DNA of 64,000 bases from Macrostomum lignano (Eukaryota): contig NIVC01000216.1 of the NCBI GenBank assembly GCA_002269645.1, positions 56,806 through 120,805 on the forward strand, written 5' to 3'. Below are positions 12,338 to 24,910 of this stretch, in pieces (position 1 is the stretch's first letter; each line of letters opens with the position of its first letter). A model generated the notes under the pieces. It ran no database searches, was not told the origin of the DNA, and saw only the letters and a list, made by a program, of their open reading frames with translations. The position numbers and the translations under genes were made by a program.

Positions 12338-15300
12338 CTACAACAGACAGGCCAGCGCGTGCCTATAAGCCTGGCACCGATGGCTGGCAGACACCAGCAC
12401 CAGGTCCCGATCGACGCACAGATTCAATTGATCGTGCTCGCGCCATCGAAACTTCGAACCCAATTGTAAACTGGCCAATAACTGGTGACTTTTACTATCG
12501 AACAGGTGTACGCTGCCTTCAAAGCACTCTCTGCCGGGATGGTACTGTCCGCACAGAATAGCCAGCACGCCTAATTCGTCTTCGTAGTCAACACAATGAA
12601 CCGAGCGAGGATTAAAAAAGAATCCATCGTTGTGGGCCTCCCGATGCCGCTGTCGGACCAGCCGGCCAGATCGAGTGGCAGCTTCGCCAGACCGAATCTG
12701 CTGCTCCATCTCGGCCTCGAATTGAAATTCGGTTACTAAGCAATCTTCTGTAGCTTTCAATACGCTGACAGAGTGCAGCTGAGTCAGTATGATCCTGCCA
12801 GACTCGTCTGGGTGAAATGCAACTAGGCGATTAGTGTCGGAATCGGCGTGCTCTGGAACGGTCAGTTCGAGTCGCTTGGTAGCATTTGGGCCAGTTTTAA
12901 CTAGTGGCTCAATCAAGAACAGGCCGGTATTGCCGTTGCTTCTGCTGCTACTATTGGCTGCTTTTAGTAGCAAATTATTATTACTATAGCTACAAGCAGG
13001 CGGCGAATACAGTACATGCCAAGGCGATTTTCCAAATTCGGCTTCGCTCTGATCGCAGTCCAGCTCAAACAGGCAGGGAGGCAGGCGGCTCACAAGATAG
13101 GGAGTCACTCTGAGCTGGCCATTGTCTAATTCAAATGGCGCCAAGCCATCCAGCACAGTAGCCTCGGACAGGATCTGGTCCATATTGTACACGCGCACAG
13201 ACCTGCCCGAACAGTGCACTATTAGTGCGCCTTGAACGGCCCGAATGTTTTTAGTGCCGCGAGGCGCCGCCGACGCTAAGACGCTGATTAAAGTGCCGAA
13301 GGCCAGAGCCGGAACGTCTAGGATAAGAAAGCTTTTAGTGATGCTTTGCTGCCGTTGCTGCTGCTGCTGAGAGCATAGCGTGGAGTCCAGCACAACAGAA
13401 TAGCCGGCATCGTACCAGTCTAGGGCCATGAATCTGCAAATTTATAAGCTTTATTCATTTTCAAATGCAGAAAACTATCATTCTAAAATAAATTAGCAAG
13501 TTCTCCTTCTAAGCTTTCCTTAATATTAAATCCTCACCCCTTAAAATCACTTTCAAAGACATCACCCCCTTTTATGAAAATCCCCTTTATGTTTCCTTTT
13601 CAAAGAGATATTCCATTAAGCTTCTCTTTCATAGAAATATCCCTCTTAAGCTTCCCCTTTCATAGAAATTTTCCCCTTAAGCTTCCTCTTTCATAGAAAT
13701 CCTCCTTCTTTGCGCTTTCCCTTCCATAGAAATGTCCCATTAAGCTTTCCCTTTCATAGAAAATCCTATTAAGCTTTCCCTTTCATGGAAAAATGCTATT
13801 AAGCTTCCCCTTTCATAGAAAAATGCTATTAAGCTTCCCCTTTCATAGAAAAATCCTATTAAGCTTCCCCTTTCATAGAAAAATCCTATTAAGCTTCCCC
13901 TTTCATAGAAAAATCCTATTAAGCTTCCCCTTTCATAGAAAAATCCTATTAAGCTTCCCCTTTCATAGAAAAATCCTATTAAGCTTCCCCTTTCATAGAA
14001 AAATCCTATTAAGCTTCCCCTTTCATAGAAAAATCCTATTAAGCTTCCCCTTTCATAGAAAAATCCTATTAAGCTTCCCCTTTCATAGAAAAATCCTATT
14101 AAGCTTCCCCTTTCATAGAAAAATCCTATTAAGCTTCCCCTTTCATAGAAAAATCCTATTAAGCTTCCCCTTTCATAGAAAAATCCTATTAAGCTTCCCC
14201 TTTCATAGAAAAATCCTATTAAGCTTCCCCTTTCATAGAAAAATCCTATTAAGCTTCCCCTTTCATAGAAAAATCCTATTAAGCTTCCCCTTTCATAGAA
14301 AAATCCTATTAAGCTTCCCCTTTCATAGAAAAATCCTATTAAGCTTCCCCTTTCATAGAAAAATCCTATTAAGCTTCCCCTTTCATAGAAAAATCCTATT
14401 AAGCTTCCCCTTTCATAGAAAAATCCTATTAAGCTTCCCCTTTCATAGAAAAATCCTATTAAGCTTCCCCTTTCATAGAAAAATCCTATTAAGCTTCCCC
14501 TTTCATAGAAAAATCCTATTAAGCTTCCCCTTTCATAGAAAAATCCTATTAAGCTTCCCCTTTCATAGAAAAATCCTATTAAGCTTCCCCTTTCATAGAA
14601 AAATCCTATTAAGCTTCCCCTTTCATAGAAAAATCCTATTAAGCTTCCCCTTTCATAGAAAAATCCTATTAAGCTTCCCCTTTCATAGAAAAATCCTATT
14701 AAGCTTCCCCTTTCATAGAAAAATCCTATTAAGCTTCCCCTTTCATAGAAAAATCCTATTAAGCTTCCCCTTTCATAGAAAAATCCTATTAAGCTTCCCC
14801 TTTCATAGAAAAATCCTATTAAGCTTTCCCTTTCATAGAAAATCCTATTAAGCTTCCCCTTTCATAGAAAAATCCTATTAAGCTTTCCCTTTCATAGAAA
14901 TCCTCCCCTTGCGCTTCCCCGTCCATAGAAATGTCCCATTAAGCTTCCCCTTTCATAGAAAAATCCCATTAAGCTTCCCCTTTCATAGAAATATCCTATT
15001 AAGCTTCCCCTTTCATAGAAATCCTCCCCTTGCGCTTCCCCTTCCATAGAAATGTCCCATTAAGCTTCCCCTTTCAAAGAAATATCCCATTAAACTTCCC
15101 CTTTCCTAGAAATATCCCATTAAGCTTTCCCTTTCATCCCACCCTTCAGCCTCCCCTTTCTCAGAAATTCCACTTTTCAGACTCCCCTTTCATATAAATC
15201 CCACCCCTCAGCCTCTCATTCAATAGAAATCTCCCCCAAAGATTCCCCTTAATAGGAATATGCCATATGCCATGGACAAACAACAGTATCAAGCTGCACT

Positions 15301-15737
15301 ACCGCAACCACTCACTTAATCCCTGTCCTACTAAACGACACCATCCGATCCAGCTGCAGTTGATCAGCCCAGGTGAGGCACAGCTGCAACAGGCAGTTAT
15401 TTCGACTCAAAGTCAGCACGGCGGCAGAGTGGCCGCAGGCGGCCCTGTCTGGCACAGAGTAGTACACGGTCTCGCCAGACCGGGTGGACACCATCCCTTG
15501 GCGCTGAGTGATACTGGCAGCGCCTAATCCGCCAAGGCGACGCAAAGCCAGACGACCTTGTCGCCGTTCAACAGAGCAGACTCTGACGCCGCCGTGCGGG
15601 AACACTAGGCGAGACATGAACAGCAGGGGCCGCTCTTTGTCCGAGTACAATAGTACACGACTCTGATCAGCGGACTCCTGCTCAGCATTGTCGCACGCAT
15701 GATTCCTATCCTTACTATGCAATCGGGTAGTATACAA
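12338..15737 (-). CDS. DCAF17: DDB1- and CUL4-associated factor 17 (two exons, ~505 aa)
   Basis: Join 15737-15316 (donor AA|GTGAGT) with 13433-12338 (acceptor TTGCAG|A); phases match. Motifs PWH, FHPDESGRII, TRSGRLVR, VDYEDEL and DRDLVL match recalled vertebrate DCAF17. Confidence 0.88.
13600..15130. repeat. 30-bp minisatellite AAGCTTCCCCTTTCATAGAAAAATCCTATT in the DCAF17 intron
   Basis: 32 perfect copies at 13861-14820, with degenerate flanking copies. Confidence 0.98.
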
Positions 15738-15799
15738 TAGTTTAATTAATTGACAACCATAATAATTGCCAATATTCCAATTGCGATAGCGGCAACCGC

Positions 15800-15890
15800 G
15801 GCCTCTGCGCCATTCTTCAATTAGTTTAACAGCATTGATTGGCCTCGCTAATAATGGAGGACGCTTCTGATTGGCTGACTGAAAATCATT
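15800..15890 (-). promoter_or_regulatory. Putative DCAF17 promoter with two CCAAT boxes
   Basis: GATTGG at ~15837 and ~15869 reads CCAATC on the minus strand, ~100-130 bp upstream of the ATG, in a GC-rich patch. Confidence 0.4.
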
Positions 15891-15997
15891 TTAACATAGC
15901 CTTTGGTCAATGTCTAGGATCTGGGACTATTGCCCCCCTTTGGCACTATATTTGGTGAGACTATTAGTTTATAAATTTCATTTCTAAACTTTTTTAG

Positions 15998-16123
15998 AAA
16001 CAAAAACTTTATAGCATGTCTCTGCTTTTAATAGAATGGAAACAAAAACTTTATAGCATGTCTCTGCTTTTAATAGAATGGAAACAAAAACTTTCTAGCG
16101 TGTCTCTGCTTTTAATAGAATGA
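15998..16123. repeat. 42-bp direct repeat x3
   Basis: AAACAAAAACTTTATAGCATGTCTCTGCTTTTAATAGAATGG in tandem. Confidence 0.9.
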
Positions 16124-16982
16124 CTCTTTTAACTTTCAACATTTTAACTTTTTGGGCAAAATTCTCATAAAACACATAATTATTTATTATTCTAACTTTG
16201 CGTCTTCAAATGTTTGATTTCTGTCTTATATAGGTTTTTCTAAGGTTTTATAAGAGTACACAGTCACAGAAAGTATATAAATGGTCCATAGATTTCCCCA
16301 AATAATCTTTTTGACTATGGGATATAACCAAATATTCTACTAATAGCTACATATTTCAATAACCAATCAATGAAATAAGGTTATGTAAGGTTATATAAGC
16401 CTATCTATCAATAATAACCATATGGCCAATCATATAATATATATTAGAACAAAAAATGAAGGCTTAAACTAATTGTTTACTACTATGCTAGATTTCAGTA
16501 AAAAATGGCTTAATTTGTATCAAAGTTAACCAATTTATGTACATATATTATACTTATATACCCTAAGAAATAACATTAAACAAACTATTAAATTATATTT
16601 ATAAGAATATATACTTAACCTACATGTAATTAAAATATCAAATTTTCATATATAGTATAAAGTATATCTAATACTAATAACAATTAGTTTAGCTCTATAG
16701 GAGCTTTTAGAGTTCTAATTTATAATAATTTATGATCATTATAGATCAAATAACTTAAACATAATGCTGAAACAGATAATGCATTATACATACCAAAATG
16801 AATACCACTTTTGACCCTTTTGCAGTATACAGCTTAAGTGTGCCAGATGCCTACACTAATTAATACACACAGGACTAGGGGAAATATTGTAGAGAACAGT
16901 TAATCATATCCTAATGCACTGCTTAAAGTAACATCTAAAAAAATCAATTTAAACTTGCAATCTATTGTTAGAATAAGTCATA

Positions 16983-17750
16983 ATGAGTCATCTATTTTTA
17001 GAAATCTATTTTAGAATGAGTCATATACAAACAGAAGTGACTCAGAGCCCTATGTAGGACCAACATTTATTTGATCAAGGAACTGGTTCCCAGGAGTTGT
17101 TTTTGCTTAATTCCATATATGGTAATGACCAAACATTCATGACCCCTTAAACATGTGTGACCTAAATAAATAACTGATTTTACTTGTAAACCAGTTTTTT
17201 ACCAAAATTTTATATTAAATAAAAGCAAAAATCTGAGTAAAAAATTCAGACTTGGAGCAATCTTAAGGAAGACTTTGGAAGACATTAACAAAGAAGACCT
17301 ATCTCTGAGAGACAAAATCTAGACTGATTGGTAAGCATTTGCCAGATTTAGTTCTTTGTTATAGCACTAATAAGTTGATTAATTGAGTTTACAAGAGCCA
17401 CTTATTGTTGACACATTTGAAAAAGGCCTCCATGTTTCTAGAGGATTTATTGATTTGATTTGAGTTACAAAGATGTAACAAAAAAGACACCCTTAGGAAG
17501 ACCTATTACAGATACTTAGAGAATTCAATTGTTCATTAGGGTGCACATTCTATTATTAACTCCAAGCTTGAGGACTGTCGAGAATTCTGATTTGTTTTCA
17601 TTTTGGTCAACCCACAAATAAAGTTAAGGACTTCAAGAGACAGCAGCTACTCATTGAAACTGGCTGCCATCATTGCTCAACAAGCTAGCTAGCCTTAAAA
17701 CCAACAAGACTCCAAAAACTACCAACTATAAAAGGATCCACTGCAGTAAG
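16983..17750 (+). pseudogene. Decayed gag-like reading frame
   Basis: Stop-riddled frame with ...LIVDTFEKGL... (FxxGL gag-like) followed by CFHFGQPTNKVKDF, which has CX2CX4HX4C spacing but only the first Cys retained. Confidence 0.35.
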
Positions 17751-18450
17751 AGTTATTTGATTTTGCAATTTGCATATACCAAGGCACTTGTTCCCCAGTG
17801 TTTAGAAGTAGGAGTTTGAAGTGACTGATCACCACTCTTAAACTTTTTAATATCCTTTGGTAAACTTGAGATAAGTCAAGCCTTAGCTCCACCTCTCCTT
17901 TACTTGCTGCTATGCTACACTTCTTTATGCTATATTGCACCTGATTATTGCACATTTCTTTGGGGTTTGGCTTTTTTTAGCTTATTATAAGATATTGAAT
18001 ATTATTATATAAAATTGTTAAGTAATGATACATTGAATATATGCAAACTAATTTATCAATAAATCAAAATTATTTACATATTTGTTTATATAGTGAGCCA
18101 ATGCTCATTTAGGTTTGTTTTTTTATTGCATGTTTTATAATATTTAAATGACTAATTAAAGCATAGGGACTTCTAACATTAGTTACCTTATAAATGCCTT
18201 GTTTTCTCTTCAATATCTATCAAATGGACAAGTATTTTTCAATTGCCATTGTATAATGGCTTTCCAATTTGTAGAAGGAAAGTATGGTTCATAGCTACTA
18301 TTGTATAATAAGCATCTATATAAAATTAATAAACTAAGAGTATCTTGTATGCTGCTATACTATTTGTAGTGCCAAAACACAATTAGAAGGTGGAATTATA
18401 ACAATAAGTGGATAGCACAACTATAGTCAGAGACTGATTAAAGAATAAAT

Positions 18451-19191
18451 ATGATGGCTTTGAAGTATAGGCTCTATAGTTTTAATATCAATCAACCATC
18501 AAAGCAGCTACACACATTGTTTGATGAAGTATCTAGTAGATATCTAGCTAAAATTTTGATTGGCTTTCTACAGGTAGAATAGTGCATATGGCACTCTAGA
18601 GGCTCTATGCAACCAGGATTTCTAACATCAATTGATGAAGCCATTGAGTTGCTTGAAACAGAAGGCCACTTGCAGTACTATGGAATAAAGATGCCAAGAA
18701 AGTATACTAAGGCAGTATCTAGGCAACTAGCAATTTTTGCTCGTCTAGATTTGCTAGTTAGATTGGAAAGAAAGGGGCAAGTCTTCATTGATAGAACATT
18801 CTATGTAGTTTTGTAACCTTTTTATCAACTTGTCACCACTGGTATAACCAAACAAGGTTGCTTTTTTCTGACCTTTTCCTACCTCTTCCTGATAATAGGC
18901 AAGTCAAAGGCAATTTATCATTTGGTATAAACAAAGCTTTAGCAGCTATGCCCATTGTTTCAGCTACTAGAAATTATGGTCAACTTTAAGATTATATTGC
19001 GCAATTCATTTTCTAAGACCTTTGCAGAAGCTAACTATATTTGGTTGACAATTTCACTTCTCTTAGGCCATCTTGACAAAGCTTAAAAAGCTAGGCCTTT
19101 AGGCTAACATGCTGTGCATTACTGATATCTAGCATTATACCCACCTACTTATGTGCTTACCATTGTTACTAGTTGTGAGCTATATAGATAG
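18451..19191 (+). pseudogene. Decayed tyrosine-recombinase/integrase-like reading frame
   Basis: A single frame of ~245 codons with in-frame stops and no frameshift. Contains FARLDLLVRL, TKQG, ILRNSFSKTFAEA and ISLLLGH, resembling the R...K...HxLRHSF...LLGH motifs of XerCD/phage integrases. Confidence 0.4.
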
Positions 19192-20298
19192 GCTATAATA
19201 ATCTTTTTGGCCATATAAATGTACTTATTTGTTTATATACCTAACAGTGTCTTATTGGGGTCTCTATTTAATTGATGGCTATAGATAATTGGGCATAACC
19301 CCTAGTTTCTTACATTCAACTATTTTTGATGATAAAAAACAACATAATAGACTAAAACAAGTTAGTCAATAGCAGTCAAAAGTCAAGAGGCCATTTTAAA
19401 TTGCCTCTGGTTTGATAGATCAAAAGTTTCAAAATAATCAAAAGTTTCATAGATGGGACTTAAGAGATAGAGTTTTAAGTTCTAACTAACCAACTCCAAC
19501 AAAGTTCTTCCAACAAAGGAGTTGGCCTGGTTGTAAGATGGAGAGCCAGTTCAATTGGACTAAGCATTAGGTTGTCTGGCCATAGGCCATGTCATTTCTG
19601 AAATTAAAAAAATTACATTAAAATAATTTAATGCAAGAAACTAGGATTATACCAGTTGATTTAAAATAAACATATAAAAAATATTTTTTAAAAACCTTAA
19701 ACATTAATTGATCAAACCTTAAGCTTTTAATTATTATATAATATAAATTTTACATATCTATATGCCAATAGATATTATAATAAATGTTTATTATAAGGTA
19801 TAATAATATAGCAAGTTATTTTTACTTTTTAATTTAATAAGGGTTTACAAACTTAAAACTTTATTGGGTGGCCAGAATTGATAACAACATCACACTTAAA
19901 ATTATAGCTATGAGATGTATATATCCTACCACATAGTATAGGTCTAACTAATAAGCTACATAGCTTGTATGTAGTACATAGAATAGGAATAGACCATCTT
20001 TCTACTTTTCTAATATTCTTCAACATATAATGTTGCTAATTAGCAATAGAAACAAAATGTATATTGATTATTGTGTCAATGATAAAAGAGAAATCAAGGA
20101 TTCAAGTAAAGTCCTAGTTAAATTCCTAGTTAAATTCATTCCTAGTTCATTCCTAGTTAAATCATCTTGAAATCCAATCTAGCAATTAAAATTAAGTCAA
20201 GAACTCAAAAGTTATTGATATTTGTATTTTATAGAATTGAGAAACATTTTAAGATTTCTATTTCTAATATAGAATAGAGGCTATAGTAGAAATTATCT

Positions 20299-20676
20299 GG
20301 GTTTTTAAAGGTTAGAAATCCAGTTGCCAGCTGGCCCTTAGGGCTCAAAATCCAGTTGCTAATGGCTATTTTTGGTTGCCCATTGGCAACTAGCCAAATT
20401 CTCAAGGATGGATATTTCTAAGGCTATGTTTGAAAAGCAGAAATTTGTTCTTTCAACTCTAAGATTGCTATCTATGCTTCAAATAATAACAAACTAATAA
20501 TTCCATCATATTGATTTATATGGCACTTTTATTACATTTACAAAATCATTTTTTTAAAATTGGCAAACTGGCACAAGGAAAATAAAGTTGCCAGATTAGC
20601 CTTTGATGCCAAAAATCCAATTGCCAATGAGATTTTCAAGGGGCCAAAAAGCCCTGTATGGCCTAAAAAACCCAAG
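20299..20676. mobile_element. Degenerate MITE-like element, CpG-decayed
   Basis: Imperfect inverted termini CTGGGTTTTTAAAGG / CCTAAAAAACCCAAG and internal AAATCCAGTTGCC repeats. No TSD established. Confidence 0.45.
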
Positions 20677-20774
20677 AGTAAAATAAATGCTTCATATATC
20701 AAAAGTTTAAAGATAGGCCTACACTTCAATCTTAGGGCCTATAATGCATTATAAATGAGAAATATATGCTTTAG

Positions 20775-21068
20775 CATACATGCGCAACCTCCAAAATTTG
20801 GTCGGCCATGCAACTTAGTTTTAACAAAAATGCGACGTAGTTTTTGGCTAAAATGCGACTTACATGTAAAAACCTGAAGCAAAATTAATGCAACTTTGGG
20901 TAAACAGCAGGGGTAACTATGACTGTCTTATTAAGCCAAAATGCCTCGTCAGCTACTTAGTACTACTACTTGGGTGTTTTTTTGAGTGGGCATTTTTGCG
21001 ACTTCCTTGGTTGGCCGCCAAATCAGTCGGCCAGATCGGCCAACTTGGCCCACTGTTGCGCATGTATG
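20775..21068. mobile_element. 294-bp MITE (8-bp TSD, hAT/P-like) carrying a 28S R2-site-like segment
   Basis: Perfect 14-bp TIRs CATACATGCGCAAC / GTTGCGCATGTATG and TSD TGCTTTAG at 20767-20774 and 21069-21076. The internal 20898-20961 matches the 28S 64-mer at 51/64 ungapped, with gapped similarity extending back to ~20835. Confidence 0.92.
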
Positions 21069-21377
21069 TGCTTTAGGTGCACTGCATTGAAAATAGCACT
21101 CTTACTATAAGCCTAAGAAAGGTATTTGTTATGGCTATTAGTCATTTTGGCAATAAGATATTTTGGCAATAAATACTTTAATAATAAGACATTTAGAAGC
21201 TCATAACATAACATTCATTTTAGCAACAATTTTAGGCCATTTTGGCAAATTTTCCAAATATATCAACTTAAAAAAATAAAGAAACAGCTGCTATTTAAAA
21301 TTAAATGGACTGATTAATTCTATTTTTTATTTCAATGACTTTTATTCAATTTTAAATCAATAAGTTTTCAACTAGGC

Positions 21378-21785
21378 ACATTTTGCGGATGGTGGGGTGT
21401 ACGCCGGAAAATTCCAGCATACACTTGATTGCTATGGCGTACACCAGCTTACATTTCTTGGCTATGTACAGTGTGGCATACAGTGTGGTATATGGCGACT
21501 GGTGTAGAAATTAATATAAAGAATTTTTTTGTGCTTTTTCTGTGTTAAGTTATTTCAAAAACCATTTTTCTGCTACTATTTTCTCATTTACTAATCATTT
21601 TAATTACCAGAATTGTCACGACAATTGTCATGTCATTATCAATTTTTTGTAGTTTAAATTTAAATTTAAATATTTATTGATTTTTTACCATTTTTAAGTT
21701 GGCGTACATTTAAAATCTATTGGCATACAATTGAAAATTCAATAAAAATGTGTCTAGCATACACAGAAAACCTTCCGCAATATGG
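21378..21785. mobile_element. Degenerate MITE-like element
   Basis: Imperfect ~29-bp inverted termini (CACATTTTGCGGATGGTGGGGTGTACGCC / AGCATACACAGAAAACCTTCCGCAATATGG). Confidence 0.45.
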
Positions 21786-24758
21786 AAATAGGCCTATTTT
21801 AACAAAGTGTAGGCTATATATACATAAGTTAACATGATTAACTTTTATTTTTAATTTGCTATTCTAATTATACTTTATAGTAATATATTATTATCCTTGT
21901 CACCTAATTTATACTAATTATAGTTTGTTTTACCCATCAAATAATTAAATACAAATAGAAATTGTTTGTTATATCAAGACATATTCTTAAATTTATATTG
22001 TTAGGCTTTTGCCAAAATTTCTACCTCTTTTGGACTATTGGCAATATAAAAACTATTGTCACAAAAAATTCATTTGTCTCAAAATTGTAGCCAAAGTCAG
22101 TGTCTATCACTAAAATGCCTAGTTACCAAAGTCAAAGTGACTAATAGCCTTTGCTGCGAGTGCTACTTGTAATTTCAAGATATCTAGATTATGAAACTGG
22201 GCTATCTTCAAGTTTTGTTTGTTTAATTCCAACACCCACCCCCACCACCCTTGAATAGAGGGCGAAATAATTCCAGAAATAATTAAATGAACGAAACTTG
22301 AAGATTGCCTGAAACTGAAATGTTGACATTATCAAATTTTAACCTTATGACTAGATCAGTAATGTGTATCACTTATTATAAAATGGAAGTGGCTACTATT
22401 TGTTTTCTACATTTTGAAACTTTGACCTTGTTAATTTTTTTAAAGTGGTTACTAACTATTTGAGTTTTTGATATTGTGAAATTTTGAGATTGTGAACCTC
22501 CCCTATCTCTAAATCAACTTTATAATTCTTCTTTCTCATCTATTTGTAAGATAGGTCCAAATAAGCTAGCAAATTCCAAATTGTTCTTTAAAGAAAGCAG
22601 AGCCTTTGAATAGGCGATAGGCCTAGGCTTAGCTGAAAGTTTAAGCAATGTTCTATAACTGGCAGTGCCTGGCAGTTGGCACTACCTAGCTAGCCTTACT
22701 TATACAGTTATACAGCTAACTTATACAGTTACTTATCCAGCTAGGCCTAGTGCTTCCTAATACTAGGCCTAATCGTAGACTACTAGTATACTGGATCCTA
22801 CTAGTATACTAGCTCACCTCAAACCTTTGCAGCTTTGCTTAGTTCCCTTTTGAAGTGTAATAGGCCTAGTTGCTACAATATCAACCAAACCCAATTAAAG
22901 TTTGAAAATAATTGACAGCTGTCAATTTTATCTTTCCTTAATTACAGCTGACTATAAAAACTGCAATCATAAAAATTGAATTTTATAAATTGAATAACTC
23001 CGAAGATGAATAATCAGGAAAATAGGTCATTTTGCTATTTTTTCTAAGAAATACAAGTAGGCCTACCAAATAAAGTCTAATTCTCAGAAAATTTTGCCCT
23101 AGAATAGCCTTAAATGCGTTAGTATGTCTGTTTAATTTATATTTATACTTATGTATATAAAGTTTAACATATTTTGTTTTTCTAAGATTTCACTGCATTC
23201 TCGAATACGAGTGGAGCTTCGAAGCGAAGCGATGCCAGCTTGCAAGAAAGGATTTGATTAGTCATTTCAAGTGGTCCCCAGCAGCCAAGTCGAGTAGTAA
23301 GTGGCAGTTCCCACTCGCTGGGTGGGGATACGAGGATATATATTACCGTTTTCGGAAATTTCCTAATTGGTCCATTCATTTTATGATAAGTTAATTGTCT
23401 TAATTATTTTTTGCATTGCATTTATCTGATCTAGAATTTGTGACACGGATTATTGTAAATTCAAACTTTACCGGAATTTCCGGAATTTTACGTGGCGCCT
23501 ACGCCTAGCTATGGTTATTACCAGCCGTGCCAATTCCGACTGCCAATTCCGAAGGTTTTTTTTCGCCCGATACTGATCAACCGCCGTAGGCCTTGGCCTG
23601 GCTCCCAAATTCAGGCCGACTTCGGCCTTTGCTTCTTGTATGCAATGCCATTTCGAACTCTCATTCTCAAGTCCTAGCAAAAGTATGTGCATTTAGAAGT
23701 ATTACTTTTTATTTATGGCATGCGTTTCTGCATGACTTCATCTGGGAATAATGGTAAATGTAATTGAATTTATTATAGACTTACCAACAGCTTCATACCT
23801 GTACATTCATATACATGCCACAGCTTCCTGTAGCTCGGCGCCCTCTCCTTCGCGCTGCAGCTGTGAACTGATTGAAACTGATCAGTCTCGTACATCTACA
23901 GCTATAGACTACATGTGTACATGTACATGTTAAATTACTCAAGACTGTTTTTTCTAGGACTGCTATATACGTCACTACGTGTACATGTAGATGATTCAGT
24001 CAGGTTTTTTGTACTCCCATAGTTTGCATTGGCCAAAACGGATCAAAAAGGTAAAATTACGAACAGTAAAATTTAACTGTGTGTTAACGGGAAAGTTACA
24101 CACTTTACTTGCATTATATTTTTCATGCTTGCATTATATTGGCATGTTAAATAGACATAGCACGATCTAGCCAGTAAATCTTACATGTAGCCGCGAAGTG
24201 GCAGCCCTGTCAATAGGGTGGAGTGGGGTTTCCAGGTTTGAAGAAAAATATTACAATTAAAACTTTAATTCAACAAATGAAGAAAAAACGAACTTACAAT
24301 ATAAAACAACATTTTTGGAAAAAGTTAAAATCCTAAAATTTTAAAGTACCGACAATTAAACAGTTTATACACTTCACGTTTGCTGTACACCTTGCATTAT
24401 TTACATTATTTAGATACACTGCGATATTTCAATATTTCAATAATATACTTTACCCGCCCGGCTGCTTCGGTCATTTTTGCAAAGCTTTGGCCAACAAATA
24501 TCAAGAAGCACTGCACAGCTTGTTGGATTAAACTGGTTCGGAATGACGATAACAATAACATAAAATATTGCGATAGCGCTGAGTCAACAAGAACGATTAA
24601 AGATTAAATCAATAAGTCCCTGAAGCTGGCTCAACACTTGGTGAAGTCAAAACAGACCAGTCAACATGCTATCATTTTTCGCAAGAAATGCTTTGCAAAC
24701 ATCAACAAGTCAATAGAGCAGGAAAGCTATTGTGTATAAGACGCAGCATTTACATGTA

Positions 24759-24836
24759 CAGTGGCTGGTCCAAAGGAGGTCAAGGAGGTCAACTGCCCCC
24801 ACCCTTTGTGGAAACATTTTTGGATCCGCCCTTGGA
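24759..24836. mobile_element. Tiny hAT-like MITE remnant
   Basis: CAGTGGCTGGTCCAAAG ... TTTGGATCCGCCCTTG, similar to CAGGGGCGGATCC-type termini. Confidence 0.4.
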
Positions 24837-24910
24837 GCAATTTGGATTTAGAATTGGAGCAATTCTAAAAAATTTCTCAGCAACCAATAATCCCTTGTTC
24901 TGTCCACATA

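Noticed and set aside
13861-14820. CRISPR-like 30-bp repeat
   Set aside because: The units are directly adjacent with no spacers.
23182-23692. Short ORFs at 23182-23379 and 23468-23692
   Set aside because: No recognisable motifs and no splice connection to neighbouring genes.
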